DNA of 64,000 nt from Deltaproteobacteria bacterium. GTDB taxonomy: Bacteria > Desulfobacterota > Dissulfuribacteria > Dissulfuribacterales > QOAL01. The stretch is taken from NCBI GenBank assembly GCA_026995935.1, contig JALWNK010000017.1, forward strand, positions 865 through 64,864, written 5' to 3'. The notes under the pieces were generated by a model. That model saw only the letters and a list, made by a program, of their open reading frames with translations. It was not told where the DNA came from and searched no databases. A program made the translations under genes and the position numbers. Position 1 is the stretch's first letter, and every line of letters starts with the position of its first letter. Of the stretch, positions 45,543 to 54,135 are shown in pieces.

Positions 45543-45617
45543 TGGTAGGCGCGGGCGGGATCGAACCGCCGACTTCTACCGCGTCAAGGTAGCGCTCTCC
45601 CCCTGAGCTACGCGCCT
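45543..45617 (-). tRNA. tRNA-Val (anticodon GAC), CCA encoded
   Basis: The reverse complement AGGCGCGTAGCTCAGGGGGAGAGCGCTACCTTGACGCGGTAGAAGTCGGCGGTTCGATCCCGCCCGCGCCTACCA folds as a cloverleaf. Acceptor AGGCGCG/CGCGCCT; D arm GCTC/GAGC; anticodon stem CTACC/GGTAG with loop TTGACGC; T arm GGCGG-TTCGATC-CCGCC. Confidence 0.93.
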
Positions 45618-45682
45618 TTAATAAGCAATGGATTTGTCTGATAACAAGAATTATATTTTATGTCAAGATGGAGGTTGACGCC

Positions 45683-46882
45683 ATGATACCCACAAGACTC
45701 ATAAAGAGAATCTTTGAGGCTGCAAGCATCCAGAGATGGAACGACCACGTGCGCCCAGTTGAGCTCACCGAGCTCGACAAACAGGCACACAAAATGCTCA
45801 TTGCCTACATGCTGGGAAGATTCCAGGAACCGGCCCAGGAGGTCAACTGGCCCCGCATAATAGAAGGTGGCCTTTTCGAATTCCTGCAAAGAGTAGTTCT
45901 AACTGACATAAAACCTCCTGTCTTTCATTACCTCATGAAAAAGGCGGGCAGGCAGCTTAACAGATACGTGCTTGAACAGGTCCAGGAAGAGCTTTCAGAT
46001 CTCACAAGCCTTGCAAGCGGCAGACCCATTATTGAGGAGATGGCGGCCTATCTTGAAAGGCCGGACTTTGCCGCCAGGGAAAAACGCATCCTCAGTGCAG
46101 CCCACTACCTTGCAACCAAGTGGGAGTTTGAGCTTGTCTATAATGCCTTTCCAAAGATGTATGGCATTGATGAAACTAAGAGGGAGATAGAGGACAAGAT
46201 AGAGGACTACTTTGAACTTCCAGGGGTTCAGAGGATCCTTCTTGGAGGAAAATCACACCATTTCGTGGACCTTTTAAGCCAGCTGCGCTTTCAGAAAAGG
46301 TGGTCAAAGACCCCGCGCATCCCCCAGACTACAGTGCTTGGCCACATGCTGGTGGTGGCCTTTTTTTCCTATCTGCTCACTCCTCTTAGAATAAAAAAGC
46401 CCTGTAAAAGGCGCATATACAACAACTTCTTCTCTGCGCTGTTCCATGACCTGCCTGAAGTCTACACCAGGGACATTATCTCCCCTGTTAAGAGAAAAGT
46501 GGCAGGTCTTGAGCAGGTTATCCTGGAGTATGAAAAGAAAAAGCTTGAGGAAAAGATACTCCCGCTACTTCCTGACTCGTGGCAGGAGGAACTCCTCTAC
46601 TTCCTGGAAGATCAGTTTGAAAACAGAATTGTCCAGGAGGGCAGAAAGAAAACAGTCAAGGAGATGAAAGAGGAGTGGAACAGGGATGAATTTCAGCCTG
46701 TTGACGGCACCCTGGTAAAGGTGGCCGATGAGATGGCAGCCTACTGGGAAGCGGCCATCTCCCTTTCGCACGGAATACGCTCTCCTCATTTGGAAGAGGC
46801 CATGGCAAGCCTTGAAAACAAGTATGGAAACCACAAGAGGCTTGCCCATGTGTTTTCCGCTACCAAAGACTACTCCTCGTAG
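45683..46882 (+). CDS. HD-domain metal-dependent phosphohydrolase family protein
   Basis: About 399 aa with H...HD pattern (TVLGHMLVV; SALFHDLPEVYTRDI). The N-terminal RIFEAASIQRWNDH segment resembles YfbR-type HD proteins. ATG 45683 is preceded by GGAGG. Confidence 0.7.
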   Translation: MIPTRLIKRIFEAASIQRWNDHVRPVELTELDKQAHKMLIAYMLGRFQEPAQEVNWPRIIEGGLFEFLQRVVLTDIKPPVFHYLMKKAGRQLNRYVLEQVQEELSDLTSLASGRPIIEEMAAYLERPDFAAREKRILSAAHYLATKWEFELVYNAFPKMYGIDETKREIEDKIEDYFELPGVQRILLGGKSHHFVDLLSQLRFQKRWSKTPRIPQTTVLGHMLVVAFFSYLLTPLRIKKPCKRRIYNNFFSALFHDLPEVYTRDIISPVKRKVAGLEQVILEYEKKKLEEKILPLLPDSWQEELLYFLEDQFENRIVQEGRKKTVKEMKEEWNRDEFQPVDGTLVKVADEMAAYWEAAISLSHGIRSPHLEEAMASLENKYGNHKRLAHVFSATKDYSS

Positions 46883-49014
46883 GTCTCTGCCTTTACCTTC
46901 CAAATCTGGAAAAGAGGGGTCTTTAACTCGACCGGGGAAAAGTAATTCTTGTTGAACTGGTGCCTCAAAAAGAGCTTATTAAAGACGGACTCGGCTATGT
47001 TCTCACTCATGAGGGCCGAATATCCTCCTTTTATTACCTCCATGTTATAGCCCCTTTCCCTGGAATACGTCCTCTTTTCCAGCCTGTCGGGATACCTTAT
47101 ATAAAGGGCCTTTAGGGAGACGACCTTTTGGCCCACAGCAGCCAGGCCCTTTTTTACGTCAACCCTTAAACCAGCTCCATTGCTATTTGTTGCCGTAATC
47201 ACGTCCTTACCAACCCTTGTGTTGTAAAAGGCAATGTAGGTTGGATGGATGCCATCGTGTGTTTTTGGATCCCAGGAACCCAGCCAGAACCACCAGTAAT
47301 TGGTAACCGTAAGGCGCCAATCAGTGAAAAGGTAGATGGGCCTTGTCTGTTTTGGGAAAAAGAACCTCAGCCAGTCTTCCACTGTCACAAGGCCTTTCTG
47401 GGGTTTAAGTCCTGCCGAGGCAATTATCCTTTCCGCGTTTACAGGGCCAGCTCCCAAAACCTCCTTTATGAGACGAAAACCCTTTGATATGTCGCCGCCG
47501 CAGGCCTTGTAGACAAGGTGGGTACCCTTGTTTATTCCCCTTTGGACAAAAAAATTCATGAGGTTGGCCGCTAGCCTTTCATTTTTTGTTGTGTAAGGAA
47601 TCCCGTTGAATACGGAGCGTTCCCCTCCGTGGACCTGCCCATCGTTTATGGTCGCCCGTTTAGCCCAGTAAATCATTGGATAGCCGTGGTCCCACCAGGC
47701 CCAGACAACGGAGTTTTCAGGGGTCTTTAAAGAGGCCTCAACCATGCCGTTTACAAGAAAAGGGGGTTCCTTGGGCCAGAAGGTCTTGTTAAGGTCTCGA
47801 TTGACAGATGGGTATATGAGAACAGCCACAATCAGTGCAACGAGCGTCCACCTTACCTGCTGATTTTTTACAGTGCGTTTCAAAAAGTAAAAGGACTCCA
47901 CAACTATGCATCCGATTCCTATGGCAAGGGTCGGGGCAAGAAATATCAAGAACCTTTTTGCAAAGAAGAAGGAGAGGCCGCTTAAGAGAATGGGAACCGC
48001 GAGGTAAAGGGCCTTTGTCCTCATCCTGTAAAAGAGGAAAAGCACACCTATTATGCCGGTAGCAAAGGCAAGGGTGCTGTCTGTTGTCTTGACAATGATC
48101 TCCTTAAGGGACGGAATGGCCTGTTCGGATATGGAAACACCAATGTTAGGGAAGGCCCCTGAGACCTCCTTGGAAATGTACTTGTATGTATTGACTACAT
48201 CCTGAACCGACTTTACAGGAAGTTCCATTCCCTTTAAAAAAAACACTCCGATGGCAGCTGCTGCCAACCCTCCCAGGAAGATAAGGCCTTCCCTTTTTTC
48301 CGGCCGGTAGAAAAAAACAATAGAAACCGCCATTGGCAAAAGCGCAATAACAGAGGCCACCTGGGGAGTCTGATCCCACCACCACAGGAAGAAAAGGTAG
48401 TTAAGGATTGCGCCAAGAAACCACAGGTACCTGGCCTTGTTCCTGGTCTCCCCGAATTTTATTGCAAAAAACACCGCTGCCATTGCGAAGGTAACATTCA
48501 TACAGTCCGTATCGAACCAGCCTAGACTGCTTCTGTATACGTAGTAAAATGACATAAGGGAAAAAAGCCCTGAGACGCAGGCCATTAAAGGGCCGCCATA
48601 AAAGCGCCCTATGCCGTAAACTGGCAGAAACAGCGCAAGTCCCAGAACAGCAGGAAGCACAGCGCCTAACCAGTTGAAGGATATGCCTGTTACCTGGTGA
48701 ACAGCAAAGGCAATGGAGGAGAGAAGCGGAGGAGGCTCAGGTCTGGGCGGGCAGTCTGGTACTGCCCGTTTCTCATCAATGGGCCTGTAGGTACCCTGGG
48801 CAAGGTCCCTGGCTAAGGTGAGATAATAATAGCCGTCAAAGGTGGTAAGAAGGGGCTCCCCCTTGTAAAGGGCCCTGTCCGGCTTGGCCTTCCAGTCCTG
48901 TATATCCTCCATCCTTACAAAGAAAGCGCAAGCAATGACCAGGATTACAAAAAAAATCTCTATCCATCTCTTATTAATGTCCAAAAGGGGCCTCCACTTT
49001 TCTTTTTCAGCCAA
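46870..49014 (-). CDS. STT3/PglB/AglB-family oligosaccharyltransferase
   Basis: 714 aa with about 13 TM helices and a periplasmic C-terminal domain. Catalytic motifs: first-loop TTFDGYYYLTLARDL (cf. PglB DGYxxxxxARD), GWFDTDCM (DxD), EL5-like GVSISEQ (SVSE/TIxE-type), and WAWWDHGYPM (the WWDYG motif). Confidence 0.85.
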   Translation of the reverse strand: MAEKEKWRPLLDINKRWIEIFFVILVIACAFFVRMEDIQDWKAKPDRALYKGEPLLTTFDGYYYLTLARDLAQGTYRPIDEKRAVPDCPPRPEPPPLLSSIAFAVHQVTGISFNWLGAVLPAVLGLALFLPVYGIGRFYGGPLMACVSGLFSLMSFYYVYRSSLGWFDTDCMNVTFAMAAVFFAIKFGETRNKARYLWFLGAILNYLFFLWWWDQTPQVASVIALLPMAVSIVFFYRPEKREGLIFLGGLAAAAIGVFFLKGMELPVKSVQDVVNTYKYISKEVSGAFPNIGVSISEQAIPSLKEIIVKTTDSTLAFATGIIGVLFLFYRMRTKALYLAVPILLSGLSFFFAKRFLIFLAPTLAIGIGCIVVESFYFLKRTVKNQQVRWTLVALIVAVLIYPSVNRDLNKTFWPKEPPFLVNGMVEASLKTPENSVVWAWWDHGYPMIYWAKRATINDGQVHGGERSVFNGIPYTTKNERLAANLMNFFVQRGINKGTHLVYKACGGDISKGFRLIKEVLGAGPVNAERIIASAGLKPQKGLVTVEDWLRFFFPKQTRPIYLFTDWRLTVTNYWWFWLGSWDPKTHDGIHPTYIAFYNTRVGKDVITATNSNGAGLRVDVKKGLAAVGQKVVSLKALYIRYPDRLEKRTYSRERGYNMEVIKGGYSALMSENIAESVFNKLFLRHQFNKNYFSPVELKTPLFQIWKVKAETYEE

Positions 49015-51928
49015 ACAGCCTATTCCAGGTCTCTAATACTCCTTTTCGTATGTCGTCAAGCTCTTCTAAAGGTACAACAGGCTTTTCCATATCAAGGGCC
49101 TTAAGATTTATAAGCTCCTGGTATCGACTGTGGGCATAGCGTAAACACTCGACATCACCTTTTGTAAGGTAGCCTGCTTCCCCAGTGGCCATTAAAATAC
49201 CCCGGGTATCCCTGCAATATGCAAGCCTTCTTTCTATACTTGCATGCCGTAAAACCAGATATTGGGCAATAAACTCTATATCCACAAGGCCTCCAGGTGA
49301 TTTTTTCAAGTGGAAAAGCCCTTCTCCACCCCTTTTAACGTGACTTTTTATAATCTTGCCCCGCATCTTGACTATTTCCTCTTTAAGCCTTTTGGGGTCC
49401 CGTTCCTGACGGATAACACAGGTCCTTATGGACTCGAACCGTCTTCCACAGTCCTTATCCCCACAGAGGAACCTTGCCCTGATGAGGGCCTGATGCTCCC
49501 ATGTCCATGCTTTTTTAAGCTGATATTCGTTAAAAGTGGAAACCGTACTCACCAAAATGCCCTGGGAACCGTTTGGTCTCAGCCTCGTATCAATCTCGTA
49601 GAGTACCCCTTGAGAAGTTCGGGCGGAAAGAAAAAAGAGGAGTCTTTGTATGAGCCTTGAGTAGAAATAGCCAAGCTCCCCCCTTTGGGCCTGGTTCAGG
49701 TGCCCAAATCTTTCCGGCTGGTAAAGGAATACCAGGTCAAGGTCTGAAGAGTAGGACAACTCCCTGCTGCCCAGCTTGCCATAGGCTATGACTGCCAGCC
49801 CGCTTTCCTGGATGGTCTCAGTCCCTTCTACGAAAGCAGGCCTTCTCTTGGCCATATCCTGCCAGGCCCCCCTGAAGGCCTCCTCCAGGATGACCTCGGC
49901 AAGGTTGGTCAGGGAGATGCCCACATTTTCCACCCCCATGATGCCCTTAAGCTGGGAAGCGGCAATGCGAAGTACCTGGGCCTTTTTAAAACGCCTGAGC
50001 TCATCCAGCCAATGCTCCAGGTCCTTTCTGGTAAGGGCCTCGATTGTGGCCAATAGCAACCTCTTAAGCCCCTCCTTATCAACCTCCCTGAAAAGAGAGT
50101 CTGTACTTACAAGCTCATCAAGCAGTATGGGCTGACGACGAAGGAGCTCTCCTATAAGTCTGCTTCTGCTACAAAGAAATACAAGATGCTCAAGGGCCTC
50201 AGGATTCTGATCAAGCAGCACAAGATAGATGCTCCTTTTTAGCACCGCCTCAAAGATAGAAAGGCCAAGTGTAAATGCCTTGTCAGGGTCAGTTGTGGAA
50301 GCACTTGCCAGAAGGAGATTTGGGACTAGCCTGTCAAGAAGCTCTTGTACCTGTCCTGGAAGGGATTTAACCTTTTTGGATTCTCTGAAATTGTAAATGA
50401 GCCTTGATGTTTCGCCAGGATTTGAAAAACCAAATCCTTCGAGGATGGACAGGGTGCGAGGGTCTTCAGGGGAAGACCAGACAAAAAGGGCCTCAGGCCT
50501 TGCCTGGTCCTTTTTACCGTCTTCCTGCTGGCCATCTTCCCCTTCTTCATGAAAAAGCCCCTGGAAAACCGAACGGGCATTTTTCGTATGTTGGTGATAG
50601 CTGTCAAGAAAATGGTCCCAGTCAGGATAACCAAGAGACAGGGCCAGCCTGTAGCGTCTTTCTCCGTCCCCTGGAAGGGTCTGCACCTGTCTGTCATGGT
50701 ACTCCTGGAGCCTGTTTTCCGTAACCCTGAGCCACACGTAGGCCTTTGCCAAGTCCCAGCAGGTTTCCTCTGACAAAAACCCGAGCCTCTTTATCACCTC
50801 AAGTGCATCAATCAGGGATTGGACCTGTAGGGCCTTTATTCTTCCGCCCTTAATGAGCTGGAAGGTCTGGACCACGAATTCTATGTCCCGGATCCCCCCT
50901 GGACCTAGCTTTACATTACTCGTACCCGCCTTTTCCGCCTGTTCGGCAACTATCATGGCCTTCATCTCTTTGAGGGACTCTATGGCTGAGTAGTCAATAT
51001 ACTTTCTGTAAACAAAGGGCCTAAGCTCACCAAGAAGCTGCCAGCCTCCTTCTACGTCCCCGGCAACGGGCCTGGCCTTAACCAGTGCATACCTTTCCCA
51101 CTGACGCCCCTGCCTCTCGTAGTACTCAAGCATCGCATCCATTGTCATGACAAGGGGCCCGGAATCACCAAAGGGCCTGAGCCGGGTGTCTACCCTGAAA
51201 ACAAAGCCCTCGGGCATGGGCCTTGAAAGAATGGCCATGAGCCTCTGGCACTGGTGGAGAAAGTATTCGTGATTGGAGATGCTTTTTCTGCCCCCGCTAG
51301 TGCATCCTTTGCCCCTGAACGCAAAGATGAGATCTATATCTGAAGAAAAATTGAGCTCACCAGCCCCAAGTTTTCCCATTCCAAGGACTATGAGACGTAA
51401 AATCTCCCCTTTTGAATCCTGTGGGAAGCCAAAATCTCTGGCCATCTGCCCTTCAAGCCATTTAATTACCGTTTCAAGGCATACGCATGCAAGGGTAGAA
51501 AGTTCTAGACAGGTTTCTGAAAAGGGGCTCAGTCCGCCCATATCCCTTATGGCAATCCTTAGCATAAGCATGTTTCGAAAAAGACGAATCCTTTTTGCAA
51601 ACTCTTCTTCTGACTGGACCTTAAGAAGCTCCGTATCGGCCATCTCCTTGATCTTTTCAGGGGGAAGGGAGGTATTTAGGAGGTTTTCGTCAAGAATCTG
51701 CCTTAAAAGGGCAGGCCTTCTTTGGATAAGAGTTTTGACAAACAGACTAAGGGGAATAACCGTGCCAAGAAGTTGTGAACATTGTGAAACCTTAGACACC
51801 GGGGCAACACCAAGGGATGGGGTTACCTCTTTGAGAGTCTTTTCCCCTTCCTCAACAAGCCTTTCTGGAAAGGATTCCAGGGAAGCAACACTCAGACTTT
51901 TGCTAAAGGAATCCAATTTTTCTTTCAT
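49007..51928 (-). CDS. glnE: Bifunctional glutamine synthetase adenylyltransferase/adenylyl-removing enzyme
   Basis: 973 aa with two nucleotidyltransferase modules (GMGKLGAGELNFSSDIDLIFAF and AYGKLGSRELSYSSDLDLVFLY), each followed by a GlnE-type helical domain. Confidence 0.92.
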   Translation of the reverse strand: MKEKLDSFSKSLSVASLESFPERLVEEGEKTLKEVTPSLGVAPVSKVSQCSQLLGTVIPLSLFVKTLIQRRPALLRQILDENLLNTSLPPEKIKEMADTELLKVQSEEEFAKRIRLFRNMLMLRIAIRDMGGLSPFSETCLELSTLACVCLETVIKWLEGQMARDFGFPQDSKGEILRLIVLGMGKLGAGELNFSSDIDLIFAFRGKGCTSGGRKSISNHEYFLHQCQRLMAILSRPMPEGFVFRVDTRLRPFGDSGPLVMTMDAMLEYYERQGRQWERYALVKARPVAGDVEGGWQLLGELRPFVYRKYIDYSAIESLKEMKAMIVAEQAEKAGTSNVKLGPGGIRDIEFVVQTFQLIKGGRIKALQVQSLIDALEVIKRLGFLSEETCWDLAKAYVWLRVTENRLQEYHDRQVQTLPGDGERRYRLALSLGYPDWDHFLDSYHQHTKNARSVFQGLFHEEGEDGQQEDGKKDQARPEALFVWSSPEDPRTLSILEGFGFSNPGETSRLIYNFRESKKVKSLPGQVQELLDRLVPNLLLASASTTDPDKAFTLGLSIFEAVLKRSIYLVLLDQNPEALEHLVFLCSRSRLIGELLRRQPILLDELVSTDSLFREVDKEGLKRLLLATIEALTRKDLEHWLDELRRFKKAQVLRIAASQLKGIMGVENVGISLTNLAEVILEEAFRGAWQDMAKRRPAFVEGTETIQESGLAVIAYGKLGSRELSYSSDLDLVFLYQPERFGHLNQAQRGELGYFYSRLIQRLLFFLSARTSQGVLYEIDTRLRPNGSQGILVSTVSTFNEYQLKKAWTWEHQALIRARFLCGDKDCGRRFESIRTCVIRQERDPKRLKEEIVKMRGKIIKSHVKRGGEGLFHLKKSPGGLVDIEFIAQYLVLRHASIERRLAYCRDTRGILMATGEAGYLTKGDVECLRYAHSRYQELINLKALDMEKPVVPLEELDDIRKGVLETWNRLFG

Positions 51929-51952
51929 TGATTATCCCTCACCGAGAATCAG

Positions 51953-52858
51953 TTATGAGCCCTTGGTCTTCCTGGCCTCCCTTTCTGCAACCTGATTGAT
52001 GATAAGCTGGGCATTGTCCTTTGAAAGGCCCAACTTTTGCCTGTCTTCCTCCAGCACATCCATTTCCTCTCTGGAAAGACTTCCGTCATCGTGGATCATC
52101 TGTTCAACTTCCAGCTGAAACCTTTCTCTCCTTAGCCTGAGCTGCTCGGTGAACCCAGAGGCTATAATACCTGCAGGCAGGGATACCAGGCCAACTCCAG
52201 CAATGGTTATAAAGGTGGCAAATATCCTGCCTTGTACTGTGATTGGGGTAACATCGCCGTAGCCTACCGTGGTAAGGGTAACTATTGCCCACCACATGGC
52301 CTTTGGAATGGAACCAAAGGCATCTGGCTGTACCTCATGTTCGAAAATGAATATTCCCACCGAGGCAAATATCAAGATAATGAACATCAGCATGACAGAG
52401 ACTAGAAGGGACTCTGCCTCTTCCCTTAGGACGTCGCGAAGAAGATCAAAGGCTACGGAATAACGGGTAAGCTTGAGCAGACGAAGAAGTTGTACAAGCA
52501 TGAGCTGGGGTGTCTGGGTCCAGCCTGATATTATGAGAAAAAAGGGAAGAAAGGAAAGAAGGTCCACAAGCCCCATAAAGGAAAGGATGTAGTCCATCCT
52601 GCACCGTAAAGGCCCTTGGTTTTTGTAGTCTTCAGGGCAGCTCCATATCCTTAAAAGATATTCCAGCATGAAAATAAAGGATGAAAACCCCTCAAAGAGC
52701 CAGAGGAAGTAGCCATATTCCCCCTCAATCGAGGGCTCAGTTGTAAGCACAAGGCAGAGGGAGCTTGAAAAAATTATAAAAACCATAAAGGCAGAAAGGA
52801 ACCGGTGCAAAGGCCCATGCCATTTATTCCTGAAGTAAACAGCAACTGCCTTTCTCAT
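51953..52858 (-). CDS. Voltage-sensor-type potassium channel (Ion_trans family)
   Basis: 301 aa, 6 TM. S4-like LVQLLRLLKLTRYSVAF. Selectivity filter TLTTVGYGDV. Confidence 0.88.
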   Translation of the reverse strand: MRKAVAVYFRNKWHGPLHRFLSAFMVFIIFSSSLCLVLTTEPSIEGEYGYFLWLFEGFSSFIFMLEYLLRIWSCPEDYKNQGPLRCRMDYILSFMGLVDLLSFLPFFLIISGWTQTPQLMLVQLLRLLKLTRYSVAFDLLRDVLREEAESLLVSVMLMFIILIFASVGIFIFEHEVQPDAFGSIPKAMWWAIVTLTTVGYGDVTPITVQGRIFATFITIAGVGLVSLPAGIIASGFTEQLRLRRERFQLEVEQMIHDDGSLSREEMDVLEEDRQKLGLSKDNAQLIINQVAEREARKTKGS

Positions 52859-52862
52859 GGTA

Positions 52863-54020
52863 TTATGTCTCCTCTGTATAGACGAGAAGAGCCTTTATGT
52901 CCTTCTCCTCTTCAAGATTTCCGCCAACAGCAGATGCAAGCACTCCAAAGGTTGCCATGAGCTTGGAAAAGTGAAATGCTGGAAGTGGCTTGCCTCCCAT
53001 GCCTGCCCATCCGGCCAACACGCTCTCTGGAAGAATGGCAATAATTAAATAGGATATGACAAAAAGGTTGATCCAAAAGGATATCATACCGACAAACAGT
53101 GTGGCGAAAAGGACAAATCGTGATCTCACCGCCTGTTCCTTCATTCTGTCACTTCTGCTTATAACGTGCAGATTTTGACCAAAATATATGGAAAGGATGG
53201 AGGCAAATATGACACATGCAAGCAGGAGATCGAGCCATCCAGATTTTATGGCTGCACCCATCTCCCAGGCCTCAGCACTCAGGAACAGAAATATCATAGA
53301 AACGGCAGTGGCCGCAATAAAACGTCCAAGATGAAACATCATGAGTACTGACCTGGAAACAAGCACATCTTTAAATATTGCAGGCCATTCCAAGGAGAGC
53401 ACCTTGAGATAGAATTTCCACTTGCTTTTTATAGGCGAGGCCTCCTCCACCCTTGGATCAGCGGCGTCCATGAGATGACGTAATATCTTTCTTTTTTCTT
53501 GAATGCTCCAGTCATGAGGTGGCTCACCGGTCCAGAACTTCCTCGGCCTCATTACTGACTCAAGACTGTGATCAAGACCCCAAAGATGCCCCAGGCAGTG
53601 TTTTACAAGGCTTACTAACGCCTTTTCCTGTCTTTCCCTGTCTTTCAGCTCAAGTATGCGTGCAAGGCTTATTACGGCAGTTTCAAGCATATTGGAGGGG
53701 ACTCCACTAACCCCTTGTTCAAAACGCGATTTAAGGGGAAAACTGGTAAGTACCAGCACATAATCAAAACCATATTCAATCTTGATATCAGAGCCAAACT
53801 CGAGAAGGTTTAGGGGATCAGGAGGGACACTTCTTGAAAAATCCTGTCTTTTAAGAATAGAAAATCTCCAAAGAAATTCTGGGAAGTTCTGCTCCATATT
53901 CTTTTTTAGCCATTTAACAACCCAATTGGCCCAAATACATGCAATCTCATCCTGGGCGTCAACCACCAAGCCCATGTTTATAAGTGCCTTCTCTTTGTTG
54001 CCATTTCCAAATGTATTCAT
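52863..54020 (-). CDS. Archaemetzincin-like domain (degenerate active site) fused to a C-terminal multi-TM domain
   Basis: 385 aa. The N-terminal ~190 aa ends in AVISLARIL...KHCLGHLWGLDHSLESVM, which parallels the archaemetzincin HExxHxxGLxHCxxxxCxM. Here Glu is replaced by Cys and the Cys ligands are lost. The C-terminal half has 4-5 hydrophobic helices. Confidence 0.55.
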   Translation of the reverse strand: MNTFGNGNKEKALINMGLVVDAQDEIACIWANWVVKWLKKNMEQNFPEFLWRFSILKRQDFSRSVPPDPLNLLEFGSDIKIEYGFDYVLVLTSFPLKSRFEQGVSGVPSNMLETAVISLARILELKDRERQEKALVSLVKHCLGHLWGLDHSLESVMRPRKFWTGEPPHDWSIQEKRKILRHLMDAADPRVEEASPIKSKWKFYLKVLSLEWPAIFKDVLVSRSVLMMFHLGRFIAATAVSMIFLFLSAEAWEMGAAIKSGWLDLLLACVIFASILSIYFGQNLHVISRSDRMKEQAVRSRFVLFATLFVGMISFWINLFVISYLIIAILPESVLAGWAGMGGKPLPAFHFSKLMATFGVLASAVGGNLEEEKDIKALLVYTEET

Positions 54021-54075
54021 GCTGCATTAATACTCCAGGCTGAAAAATGAAACCACTCTTCAGGCCTCATTTTTC

Positions 54076-54110
54076 AAAAAAAAAGCCCGCAGGGCTATCC
54101 CTGCGAGCTC
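54076..54110 (-). terminator. Rho-independent terminator after yfdX-like gene
   Basis: Minus strand GCTCGCAGGG-ATAG-CCCTGCGGGC followed by T9. Confidence 0.8.
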
Positions 54111-54135
54111 GTTTTAGCCGGTTTATTACTGGTTA

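Noticed and set aside
51273-51995. 240-aa plus-strand ORF antisense to glnE
   Set aside because: Ser/Arg/Leu/Pro-rich translation, no RBS, entirely within glnE. Shadow ORF.
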